Shown here piece by piece: positions 13,379 through 25,797 of a stretch of 64,000 bases of DNA. The stretch's first letter is position 1; the number at the start of each line of letters is the position of its first letter. The stretch lies in NCBI GenBank assembly GCA_030390025.1, contig CM059433.1:26972001-27036000 (forward strand), read 5' to 3'. A program made the position numbers and the translations under genes. A model generated the notes under the pieces. It searched no databases and was not told where the DNA came from. It saw nothing but the letters and a program-made list of their open reading frames with translations. Source of the DNA: Squalus acanthias. Lineage: Eukaryota.

Positions 13379-13710
13379 CAGGAAACTTTCGTTTATCCGG
13401 CACCGACGGGACCGGCGTGGTGCCGGTTGATCAAAAGTGCCGGATTACAGAGAGGTATACTTACCAAGGTACGAGAGCCCCGTACACGGCCACAGGCTTA
13501 ACAATTGGGACCCGGAGAGGGAAGGTAAACGAGACTCCGGCTTTTTCCTCCGTGGCGGCGACAGGTCCGAGTCGGAAGAACGTTGACCCCCCTTTCGTGG
13601 GGGCGAAAGGTCAGAATCGGGGTCTTGTCTGTATAATAAAACTTACCTGATTTTTGCCGGTTAAGTGAGAATTCCGGATATTTGGGTGCCGGATAAACGA
13701 AAGTTTCCTG
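13379..13710. mobile_element. Tigger/pogo-like MITE, same family as 9904-10257
   Basis: Perfect 26-bp TIR CAGGAAACTTTCGTTTATCCGGCACC; TA TSD. Confidence 0.85.
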
Positions 13711-14478
13711 TACAGCAACTTCACGCCCTTACATTGATTTCAATGCCGAGTCTATCGGCGAGGTACTGTTATAGCGCAGCCCATGGAGGAACTGTGTAAC
13801 TCAGACAGCAACTTCCAAATTTCCACGTTTAACCGTACATGTGCGGACTCTGGAAGTTGCTGACCGATTTACTCCATAATAACGGTGAGCGCGGCTGGCT
13901 TCGCTGTTCTTCTTACCGAAAAATCCGGGCCAATGTGGCTTTCTCTCATCATTCGCTTTCCTCTTCATAGGGATATTAAGGCGTCACCAACATTACAGGA
14001 TTTTATTTTTAAATGCCCATATCTTTTGCAATGATCCTCTCTGCTCCTCCCTCTCCCATGTATATTCTAATGAAACGCGCTTCTATTCTATTCTCATATT
14101 CTAATTGACTCCACACCGCACTTATATTCTGATACACTGCGCTCGTAGGCTGATGGACTGCACTCAGTCTAATAGTCCATACTTGGTCTAATGGATTGTA
14201 TGTGTATTCCACGTTGCCACTTTCCATTTGGATTCTCAACCAAGGCACAGGCTTGATGCTGTCACAATGAAAGTGGCTGTTGATACAAATGTTATCGGAT
14301 CTACTGCACAGTAAGACTACGACGACAAGTTGGAAGGAATGTGCAGCCTTTGTTCGACTCTTGCTGTATCAAGTGGCTCCTTGGGTCGCTCAGCTGTTGC
14401 CGTCCCCCCTCCTGCCCCCCCACCACACATGTTAATTGTACGGCACTTTGTGACCCGTGTGACATTTCTCTCTTGCAG

Positions 14479-14682
14479 GCCTGGCGATTCAGCACTGCCT
14501 TCGGCACGGTTAGTGAGTGGAAGTTTGCAGAAATTGCCAGCATGGCTGACCACCTGAAGGACTGTCGGTACAACACCGTGGAGAGGACCGGGGAGGCTGT
14601 CCCATTGCCCTGCATGTGTGTGACGCGGGAGCTCACTAAAGGAGGCCGCCCTTTGCGTTCCGTTCTAAAAGCAGTTCTCTAA
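14479..14682 (+). CDS. FBXO30: FBXO30 final coding exon
   Basis: Acceptor tctcttgcag|GCC, phase 0; AWRFSTAF...EWKFAEIASMADHLKDC...PLPCMCVTRELTK...LRSVLKAVL* matches the FBXO30 C-terminus. Confidence 0.95.
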   Translation, partial: AWRFSTAFGTVSEWKFAEIASMADHLKDCRYNTVERTGEAVPLPCMCVTRELTKGGRPLRSVLKAVL

Positions 14683-17400
14683 TCCCTTTGGGTGCTGACA
14701 GCGTACTGCAAAACATTCTAATCTTAAATGTGGTCCGTCAACTTTGTATACGATATATTTTGCTTTGATGTGAGATTTATTTTTGTAGTACAGAACCTGT
14801 GGTGTCCTGCTCAAGGCAATGAAAAACGCCTTGAAGAAAGAAACATTGAACTGATGGACATTTTTGTGGATGAAACCTTCCCCTTATTGGAGTCTTCCAT
14901 TTGTACATACGGTTTTCTTGCATGGATCTGGCCTTTTTAAAAAAAAAAAAGACTTGCTTTTTTTTCTCCCCCTAGAGCAATCATATATTTTAGTGAATGT
15001 CGTATGTGCAAAGGCGATATTTATTGTCGTGACTAAATCCTGACCAAAATACGGCAATGTCACGTCGTCGTTTGGCAAATCAGAAAGACGCTCAGCCCGT
15101 GTGGAAACGTTAACAACACGATTCTTCGTCTTTTTGAGTCACAACTCAAGCACATTGAGGTTAGAAAGATTGTCTTTTTAAGTTACGTCAGTAAGCTAGC
15201 TGCTGCAAAGCAATACTATACCTCACGCTGATCAAAAGCAAAAATGGCACAGTGCAGTGGATTCACACTATACAATTTTGCTACTTTTAGCACTTTAGTT
15301 TTACAGCTCCATTTTATTAACTAGATCACCAAATGGTTAATGCTTTGATATTCATAGTTCACCCTTTGTTTCTCACCTTGTCCTCTTTCCTAACTCTCTG
15401 CCTTTACAAGTGTTACCTGTGATGTTTGATGGTTAGCGGGGAAATGGGCAGATTTCTTCGCAACTAAATCTACGAGGGCTGTTTTCAGTCTCCCAAGTGA
15501 AAGGCTGTGCTTTGTGAATCCACCTAAGTGACTGAACCTAAATTCATCCCAGAAGCAAGGAGCAGGTCAGTTTGGAGGTCTAGCAGTCGGCTACCAAAGC
15601 AACATGGTTTCACTTTTTAATCCAGTTCACACCTCCATCATTAGAATTTTTTGTTAAGGAAGTGAGCGTGTGCATTTTTGTTTACACATATACCGCCAAA
15701 AATAGATTTGAATGTCCTGCCCATCAGCCTTGGCATTTGAAACTCTGATCCCTGTCATGTGTTGACATGGCTTCACGATCGAATGCAACGCCTTTTTACC
15801 ACAGGTACTTGACTTTATTGAGTTTAAAACACTGAGGGAATGATGCAAGGAGTGCGGGATTATTGTGGAAAGCCAATTTATCCGATTTTAATGGCTTTAC
15901 TTGTATACCAGAGTATTCATTGGTTCCATTTGTGCTGTACACAGGACACTGCTGCTAATTGTAGAAATCAGAGTCTAACGGTGTCCCCCTTAACATGTCG
16001 CTGCCTTAAAGCTTGTTGTAATGAAACAGACTTTCTGAGGAAAATGCCATGTGTAGCTCAATGCTAATGTCTATTTACAGGCTTGCTTGAAAATTGTGCT
16101 CCAACACAAGTTCACACATCTTAAGGCAACCACATGGGAAAACTCTGAGCTGGTCTTTAAGAACGTTATTTATTTTATTTTTTGAATCGTGTGCAGGGTG
16201 AGGAGACACGGGAAACTCGAGTATCAGCATCTGTTGCCCGAGCACCTTTACCGTTTTCTTTTGAGACGCCTGTTGAACTGGCGTTAAATAGGTTGGTAGT
16301 ATGAGATTCAGAAGTAGAAATCTGAAGCGTGTTGTTGCAGCAGGTGCCAAGTCAGGTATTTCACAGCAAAGTAGACCCAACAAAAAATAATGTTCAAAAT
16401 GGTGGCGCTGAGTGTTGGTGCTTCTAACATAGTGCTGCAGCTAAAGATTTGAGCCCATTCATCTAAGCCATGGCGAGGGGTGGAAGGGAAGTGTTTCTGG
16501 AACCTCGTGGAGACCAGTATTAAGGGCGCCAACATCAGTCTGGGTGATCTTGGTTCAGGGTATCTAACCTGAGGGTGATCTTTGTACGCCCCCCTGGTCC
16601 TGCGTATCTAACCTGCGGGTGACATTGGTTCTAGGTATCTAACCTGCTAGATGAAGAATACAAAAAACTAGCCTAAATACGCAGAAATTAAGTTTAAAAA
16701 GCAATGGAAAGGAACGCAGCATTTGAAGTTGTTGTGCATGTGCGTGTTTATTTTAATTTGTTTGTGTAAAGATATCTATAAGTTAATGAATTGTTATATT
16801 CATTAATACATCAATCTCCCCATTCAGTGTGACTAGATTTTGTTGCTGCAATTTGAAGCGTACACTATTCCATTGAAGATCACTTGACCTCCGATAACCC
16901 TATTCTGCAGTTGCTTCATTCACCAGTAGTTCTGTCATTTTGGCTGCATTACTTTTTATTCATCCTCCAGAAACTGAAACATTTGGTTCACTAACACTGT
17001 ATTCATATCCATTACCGTCTAGTTAAACATTACATTGGTCTGCTCATATCTAATGTATTCACGTTATTAGTGTGTACCTTTTTAATCTCACACTTGTCTA
17101 AAATACCTCTGTACCCTTGCGTATTTTTCTGCTTTCAAATATGAGAATAAAAGGCAATGAAGGGTCACATTAAATTCTCTGATGCAACTAAGATGAAGAT
17201 TGAAAGAAGTCTCTAAATTACTGTACAAAGTAGACTTCACTTTTCTACATTGAGTTTTGATCGGCAGGAGTTTGCGTTGAGAGGACCTCTCCCCAGCCTG
17301 CTGGACTTTCAATGATGCACGATATTGAGCTTTTGTACTAAATGTTTGATTTCATTTTAAACTGCGAGAATTCTAATAAAAAATTGTCATTTTTATTAAC
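14683..17400 (+). other. Probable FBXO30 3' UTR with candidate polyA signals
   Basis: AT-rich tract with no recognisable TEs after the stop; AATAAA at 17146 and 17375; TE sequence resumes at about 17570. Confidence 0.55.
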
Positions 17401-17569
17401 TACTGAAAGACTACATTTGCATATTTGTACCACAGGGAAAGATTACATGAGAATTGGTTGGTTGCAGGTTTTTGGGCGTGTCGATTAAATTGAACCTGTT
17501 TTGGAGGGATGGAGCAATGTAAATATGTTCACCTGTCCACAATATTCGCCTTTCTCCGATCGAATGCTT

Positions 17570-19250
17570 TCGAAACATGGAAATTGCTGGATGAAAAAAG
17601 ACCATGGTCCATCTAGTTCCTCTTCTGCCATTCTGGTAGTCGCTTGATACAATGATAATGGAGTTGGTGACTAATCAGAGCAATCAATCTCTCTCATTAG
17701 TCTACAACAGTCCCAGACATGAGGTGAGGAAAACCCCCAGTGGTGGAGAGCTTTGGGCACCATAGCTCCAAAGTCACCTGTTCGTACCAAGCATGCTACT
17801 GACCACATGTCATGTCTCAAATTACTCATATACGTATCCTAAAATATTTTCTGAAAGCAATGTATTTAATTTACATTTGAATGAATCAATGCTAACTGCT
17901 TCCACCATCTCCCTAGGGAACCTGTTCCATAGATTGACCACTCGCTCACTGAAATATTGTTTCCACAGATTAGTTTTGAATTTACTACCCCTTCAAGCGC
18001 AGGCCGTGTCCCCTGGTTCTACAGTTCTGGACAAGATGAAATAGCTTGTCATGGTCTACATTATCCAGTCCCTTTAGAATCCTAAAATCAGCAATCATTT
18101 TGCCCCTCAACCTCTTTTCCAATGAGAAAATGCCCAATTTACATAATTGCTCCAACTAATCCAATCCCTCCACCCCTTCAATCATTCTGTTTCCCCTCTT
18201 CTATATCCTTTCAATAACATATCTTTTATGTGCTGAGGTGACCAGAACTGTACCCAGTATTCTAAGTGCAGTTGCACCAATGATTTATAAAGTGCCAGGA
18301 TTAATCACTATTTCAGCTCAATATTGACCTTTTAATACATCCAAACATCTGATTTGCTTCACTCACTGCCACCGAGCATTGTTGCGATAGTCTCAATTTA
18401 TTGTCAATCAGGACCCCCCCAGATCGCTTTCATTTCCATGCACATTATTTTCTTTCCATTTAAGTAATAGTTAAATCCAGGATGTTTGTCTCCCTGTGAC
18501 ATTGCATTTGTCTACATTAAATTTCATCTGCCACCTGTCTGCCCAATTCCCAAGTATATTCAAATCCACCTGTAGCTTATCCTGTTCATCTTTGGAATCT
18601 ACCATATTAGCTGCAAATTTAGCCACTGTGCTCATGACTCCTAGCTCCAGATCATTTATCAAGATATTAAACAAGAGGTTCCAAAACAGACCCCTGTGGG
18701 ACCTCACTGGTAACATTCTCCCAGGCTGATGATAATCCTGTACCACCACCCTTTGGGTTCTATTGGTCAACCAACTATCCATTGTAAAATATTTCCACAT
18801 ACCCGCTTTCTTCATTTTCAGTACCAGCCTTTCCAGTTGAACTGTATCAAAGACCTTACTGAAATCCAAGTACACCAAACCCACTAAGCTCCTTTGTCAC
18901 ACCCTCAAAGAAAACCAACAAGTTAAATTGACAATACATCTCCTTCATGAACCTATACTGGCTAACTTTTATGGTTTTATTGCGATCCAGATGCTCCATG
19001 GTCTTATTGTTAATAAGGGTTTCCATAACTTTACCCACAATTGATGTCAAGTTCACTGGTCTGTAGTTTCCTGGGTCTCTTTTGCTACCTTTTTTTTATA
19101 AACAGGAGTAACTTTTCTGCCTTGCTACAGTCCCCGGGTACCTCTCCAGTATTCAGTGATTTCTGGAAGATTTGTACCAGTGTTCCTGCAATTGATCCCC
19201 TTATTTCCTTAAGGTTCCTTGGATGGATCTGATGCTGCATCCAAAACTTT
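17570..19250 (-). mobile_element. Old, degenerate CR1 ORF2 fragment
   Basis: Minus-strand LTSIVGKVME, VYLDFSKVFD, INDL, WQMKFNVDKC. Confidence 0.8.
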
Positions 19251-20918
19251 AATAAAACTTTTGTTAACGAGGAATCAGGAATTTGATGTCCAGTCTGCTG
19301 ATGGCCAACAACCTGATTCTGGGAGTCATTGCAATCCATGCCTGCAAGATGCTCCACCCAAGTACTATACTATGGGATTGGCCCCAATAAACATTAAACC
19401 GAGGTCCCGTCTGCCCTCTTGGGTGGACGTAAAAGATCCCATGGCACTATTTTAAAGAAGAGCAGGGGAGTTCTCCCCAGTGTCCTGGCCAATATTTATC
19501 CCTCAACCAATATCATGAAAACAGTTTATCTGGTCATTATTACACTGCTGTTTGTGGGAGTTTGCTGTGTGTAAATTGGCTGCTGCGTTTCCTACATTAC
19601 AAAAGTAACTACACTTCAAATACTTCATTAGCTGTAAGGCACAATATAATTGCAAGTTCTATCTACATTCAAAATATGTAAAAAAAAACTTACATCTGCG
19701 TACACCTGTCTCCAAAACTTCCTGCGATCACACCTGTGTGTGAACTATTTCTATTATAAATTGTTGTATTTACATTTATAATGGAAACTGGCGATGTAAA
19801 CTTGACCCACTATAATTGCCATAGCAACTTAGCCTGCACTGTGGAGAAACTTCCCACGCTCCAATCAACTCTACTCTTGTTTCCCAAATTGTTTTAAGTT
19901 TTGCTATTGAACTATAAATAGCTATCAACCCCACTTTACCTGAAGACTACGCTTGGTCTTGATGTTCACGGGGGTCAATCATCGGCCCTTTAACCCTGAC
20001 AATGCAGCAGCTCCATTTTGAAAGGGGCCTACCATCGGCCATCCAAAGAGCCCGCCTGTTTCAGGTGACAGGTCCCTTTTAATATGCAAATTGGGGTTCT
20101 ATGACATAAATTGGACCCCGATTGCCACTTATAGGTTTGGAGTGTGAGTCTGATTAGTTCCATGGACATTATAGCAGAAGAGGCGCAACCCCTCCAATCA
20201 CCGCAAGAAAGAAGAGTTTCTTTCCTCATTCTAATTTGATTGCCTTTTTTTAAAAAGTTGAATTGTAAAAACATTTGTTCACAGGAAACAGTAGTCGAGG
20301 AGAGGGGTGTTGACTGAGGGGTATTGGTTGAGGGTGAGTGGGGTTCTGGCCTCCTGCTCTTGATGGGAGTGGGGGAATAGATGGACGGGTAAGGGTGTTG
20401 TGAGTGACAGTAAAGCAAGGGAGAGGTGAGGATAAAAGCTTGAGTTTATATTTCAAAAACGTAGGGTAGGGATGGAAGTGATGAGAAGGGGAATAGGACA
20501 GAATGGGAGCAAGGGACTTGGTGGAGCCATGAGGGATTTGGGGAAGCAATGGGTAGGGGACCGTTGAGGGCTACATTTTCCCCACATTTCTCACTCACTC
20601 TAAGTATAGCCTACGACGTTCCCCAACTCACCACATCACACCACACCATTCCCTCCCGCCCAAAGAAAGAAAGAGAAAAGAAAAAAAAGACAGAGAGACG
20701 TAAAAATAGTTAAGGGGAGAGAAGCAGCGAAGAAGAGAAAGAATTACATAGAATCTACAGCGCAGAAACAGGCCATTTGGTTCAACCGGTCTATGCCGAT
20801 ATTTATGCTCCGTACAAGCCTCTCCCACCCTACCTCATCTCTCTATCTGCATATCCTTCAATTCCTTTCTCCCTCATGTACACTATTTATCCCTCAACCA
20901 ACATCACTAAAACAGATT

Positions 20919-21643
20919 GGCCCAGATACTCCGATCCCTACGGGTGGGTACGCGCTGTGTACCCACCCGTAGGGACATCGGAAATGCCGGTTTCAGGCAT
21001 GCACAGCACATGCGCTGAAAACCGGCATTTCCGATCTGTCAAGAATCCTCTTGACAGATCCTCCAGCTGCCCTGGAGAAAGGCCTCTGCGGGCGGATAGT
21101 TCCACTTTTTGGAGACCCTCCGCCCGCAGAAAACCCTTACAATTCCTACGCTTGGTAAAGGCAGGCGTAAGGCCTGCTTTTACCAGGATAAGAGTTGAAA
21201 AAAAGTTTTAAAAACATTTTTCACTGATGTATCATTTAAAAATACTTTAAAAAAAGGTAAGTTTATTTTTAGCCCCGTAAAAAACTTTAATTATTTTTTT
21301 CAAAAAATTAAATTTTTGTTTAAAATATTTAATTTATTGTAATTTCAAGTCATTTTAAAAATGTGATTTTACAAAAAAATGTATTTAAAATTTTACTATG
21401 TTTTTGGGGTGATCTCCATTCATATATTTGACAGGTCTTCCTGTCAAGTGTATGAAGGGAGATTCCCTTCTTTGCTTGGCTCCCCATGGCCCACGTGATC
21501 CCAGGGACGCTTGCGCCCCTGGGATACGTAGGCCCTGTGCACTTGGAGTTCGAGAGGCCCAGGAGCCCTCAGGTAAGGGCGTAGATTTTTTCCAGATCGG
21601 AGGCTTCCACACGCGGGAAGCCTCCGATCGGAAAATACGGCCC
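20919..21643. mobile_element. Harbinger MITE inserted in a Deu-SINE
   Basis: Ends ggcccagatactccgatc...gatcggaaaatacggccc; ATT TSD; SINE aacagatt|atc(c/t)ggtcatt rejoins across it. Confidence 0.75.
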
Positions 21644-22509
21644 ATTATCCGGTCATTATAAAATTGCTGTTTGTGAGAGCTTGCTGTGCGCAAATTAGCT
21701 GCCGTGTTTTCTACATTACAACAGTGACTGCACTTCATTGGCTGTGAAGAGCTTTGGGATATCCTGAGTTTGTGAAAGGTGTGATATAAATGTTTCTTTA
21801 TGTGAGATATTCTATTTCTATAACTTTCTCATAGTAACTAGGTGCCATAAATATAAGATAGTCACTAATAAATCCAGTAGGGAATTCAGGAGAAACAGTC
21901 TTTACTCAGTGAGTGGTGAGAATATGGAACTCGCTACCACAGGGAGTGGTTGAGGCGATAGCATAGATACATTTAAGGGGAAGCTAGATAAGTACATGAG
22001 GGAGAAAGGAATAGAGGGATATGCGGATAGGGTGAGATGAAGAGGGGTGAGAGGAGGCTCGTGGAGCTATAAACACCGGCATGGACCTGTTGGGCCGAAT
22101 TGTCTATTTCTGTAAATATTATGTAACTATGCAACTTATCTAGCTTTCCTTTAAATGCATCAAAAGAGAGAGACAGAACCACAGGAGGAGAGACAGACAA
22201 AGAAACAACACCAAGACAATGGGGACAGCTAGGAGACCATATTCTCCAACTTACCATGTGCAATGTCATAGGAGATTGATTATTAGTATATTAAAATTCT
22301 GTGCGCACTTTCCATTATAAATTCCAAGGTCCACATTTACAATGGGAACTGCTTATGTAAACTTGTCACGCCCTAATCACACAAAACTGTCAGTCAAGGC
22401 ACTGTAGCGCAACCAACAATAGGAGGGTGCAATTGCAGCGTGACAAGTTTATATAGGCAATCACCATGATAAATGTGAACAGAGGAATAGCAAAATAAAA
22501 ATAAGGACT

Positions 22510-23045
22510 GAATCATAGAATCATACAGCACAGAAGGAGGCTGTTTGGGCCATCGTGCCTGTGCTGGATTTTTGAAAGAGAATCCAATTAGACCCACTCC
22601 CCCTGCTCTTTCCCCGTAGCCCTGAATTTTTTTCCTTTTTAAGTCGAGTTCCAATTCCCTTTTGAAAGTTACCACTGAATCTGCTTCAACCACCCTTTCA
22701 GGCAGTGCATTCCAGATCATCATAACTCGGTGAGTAAAATAAATTTTTCTCATCTCCCCCTGGCTTTTTTGCCAATTATCTTAAATCTGTGTCCTCTGAT
22801 TGTCAACCCTCTTGTCAGTGGAAACAGAGTCTCGCCTATTTACTCAAAACCTCTCATAATTTTGAACACCTCTATTAAATTTCTCCTTAACCTTCTCTGC
22901 TCTAAGGAAGAGCATCCCCAACTTCTCTAATCACTCTACGTAACTGAAGTCCCTCATCCCTCGTAAATCTCTTCTGCAGCCTCTCCAAGGCCTTGATGTC
23001 CTTCCTAAAGTGTGGTGTTAAGAATTGGACACAATACTCCAGATG
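22510..23045 (-). mobile_element. CR1 3' fragment
   Basis: MRKIYFTHRVMMIWNALPERVVEA. Confidence 0.75.
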
Positions 23046-25608
23046 AATACATGACTTTAAAATGGGGCCTGCATTTCACCTGCGTGTCCTGGTTCAATTA
23101 TTCCCCTCAACCCTGCTTCACCTGAAGATTACACTTGGTCTTGACTCCTCCTGAGCAATGTCATGCAAATTTACTAGCAATAATAAATTGTAGATTTTAG
23201 TATGTTAACATTAATTTATTTACACTGTATTTAGCACTATATGAGTTGGAAAGTTAAATATGTACGGAGTAGTAATTTAATACCAACTTAACCCAGTCAC
23301 GAGCACTCTTCCCTTTGGGTTAGACCAAGGGTTGATGTAAATCACCTCTACCTCAACCACTGCAGACTGCAAAACTTGCATTTCTATAGTGCCTTTCATG
23401 ACCTCAGGACATCCCGTATGAAGTACAGCCAATGAAGTAATTTTGAAGTGTAGTTACTGTTGTGATGTAGGAATAAGCGGCAGCCAATTGCGCACAACAA
23501 GCTCCCACAAACAGCAATGTGATAATGAGCAGGTAATCTGTTTATTAGTGATGTTGGTTGAGCGATAAATATTTGCCAGGTCACCAGGGAGAACTCCTCT
23601 GTTCTTCTTCAAAATAGTGTTGTGGGATCTTTTACATCCACCTGAGAGGGCAGACGGGGTCTTGGTTTAATGTCTCACCTGAAAGACAGCACCTCCGACA
23701 ATGCAGCACTCCCTCGGTACTGCACTGGAGTGTCAGCCTAGATTTTGTGCTGAGGTCTCTGGAGTAGGATTATCTGATCATTTATTAATTGCTGTTTGTG
23801 GGATCTTCCAGTGCCTACATAACAACAATGATTACAATTAATGGATTAATTATGAAGTGCAAAGTATTTTGGGATGTCCTGAGAAAGGTGCTATGTATAT
23901 TCAATCTTTCTCCTTTATTAACTCAGGAAGAAGGTGTCAAATTCAGTTTGATAAACAAAAAGCAAATTTAGTTTGATGCCCAATTTTAGGTGGAGTGCAT
24001 GTGAAAGGATCGATTGAATTGGGGTGTCGATGGATATTATGCTTTCCTCGAGGAAAGTGAGTGAAGGTCAAATTCATTACAGTGACAAGTCTCCTCAAAA
24101 ACATTTTTAGAGGCGGTTCAACACCGAACAGCAGAGGGCGGGAGACACACATAAATCTCACAGAGCCTCTCTGACACTGAGAGAAGTGCTACTCGTCAAT
24201 GTAAATGTCAACGTTTGGGTGCAGTCTGTTGAATCAACAAAGAAAGCAAAGAATATAGCTATATAAAAACGTGCAACATATTTATATTTATAAATTTACT
24301 TTAAACTGTTTTGAGCACTGGGTTATTTAATGGCAGTTTGCAATGGCAATTATTTTGCCTGTATGTTATTTAATAGTTGATATTATATTTATCTATTATT
24401 ACTTCCATTGCAATTACTGGCAAATGGCCATTAAATCGAGAACAATGGATGCCTGAGAGTTATTAAAAGGACAGCAATCTCATCGCCAGATCTCCAATCT
24501 CCTCATAATGTGTGATACCAGATTAGTTACAGCAAACATTTGAACCTTAAGATGAAATTGCAGGCTTGAATATCAGGCCAGGTATCTAATATTTTTATAT
24601 CACCCGAGGTAGTTTATACCATTACTTGTTGCTAGTGGTGGGTGCTACGATGGGTATTGGTGCTACGTGAGCCCCTTTGCTTATTTATTTATTTATTTAT
24701 TTATAAGAGCTTGCCTTTCACAACCTCAAAGTGCTTTACAATGAAGTACTTCCAAAGCGCTTTACAACCATTTAATTACTTGTTGAAGTGTAGTCACTGT
24801 TGTAATGTAGGAAACACAGCAGCCAATTGGCGCACAGCAAGGTCCCACAAACAGCAATGAAATAAATGACCTGATCATCTGTTTTTGGTGGTGTTGGACC
24901 TGCCTGTTCAGAAACCAGATTACAAACTCTGCAACAGAAGATTGACTTGGTTCCAATCTCCTATTGCCACATATGTCATCTTTGAGTCGACTTGGCACAA
25001 AAGAGATCCCACTTGCCTACCTAGAAGGACAGTCACTAATTGTTCACCAGAATGATACTGGGGATTAAAGGGTAAAATTATGAGGACAGGTTGCATGAAC
25101 TTGGCTTGTACTCCCTTGAGTTTAGAAGATTGAGTGGTGAACTAACCAAGGTGTTTAAAACGATAAATGATTTGCTAGGGTAGATAGAGAGAAACTGTTT
25201 CCTCTGGTGGGGGAGTCCAGAACAAGGGGGCATAACCTTAAAATTAGACCTAGGCAGGAGTGAAATCAGGAAGAACTTTTTCCACACAAAGGTTAGTGGA
25301 TGCTAGGGGTCAATTGGAGCTTTCAAGACTGATTTAGATAGTATTTTGTATCAAGGGTAGGCAAGGGTATTAAGGGTTACGGAACCAAGGCAGGTAAATG
25401 GCGTTAAGATGCAGATCAGGGGGAATAGGCTCCAGGGGCTGAATGGCCTCCTTCTGTTCTTATTAGACAACTGACAGGTTTGTACCCTTGCTAGAAGGAC
25501 AACAAGTGCCAGGAACTCTTTCCAATCTGCAGGGTGAACAGCACAGCTCCATAAGGAATTTGAGTAAACTGCCACCATCCTCCTAACCACAGCAAGGACA
25601 CACACCGT

Positions 25609-25797
25609 GGGGACAATTCTAACTTGGTCCCATGGTGTAAAACCGCCGCTGTCGAATTGGCCGCCCGTTACACCCCTCGCCCGATTTACCCGTCTGATTG
25701 ACTTCAATGGAAAGGAAAACTGGGTGAGGCGTATAATGCACAGCCAATTCGACATCGCCCATTTCATGCCATCACCCAAAGTTAAAATGACTCCCCC
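25609..25797. mobile_element. Short palindromic MITE; related copy at 42558-42740 with TAC flanks
   Basis: ggggacaattctaactt...aagttaaaatgactcccc; shared tgacttcaatgg core. Confidence 0.55.

Larger units (their letters stand above)
12343..13931. mobile_element. Non-autonomous Harbinger element containing a nested SINE and a nested Tigger-like MITE
   Basis: TIRs GGCCCGTATTTT...AAAATCCGGGCC; 3-bp flanks att and aat. Confidence 0.7.
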
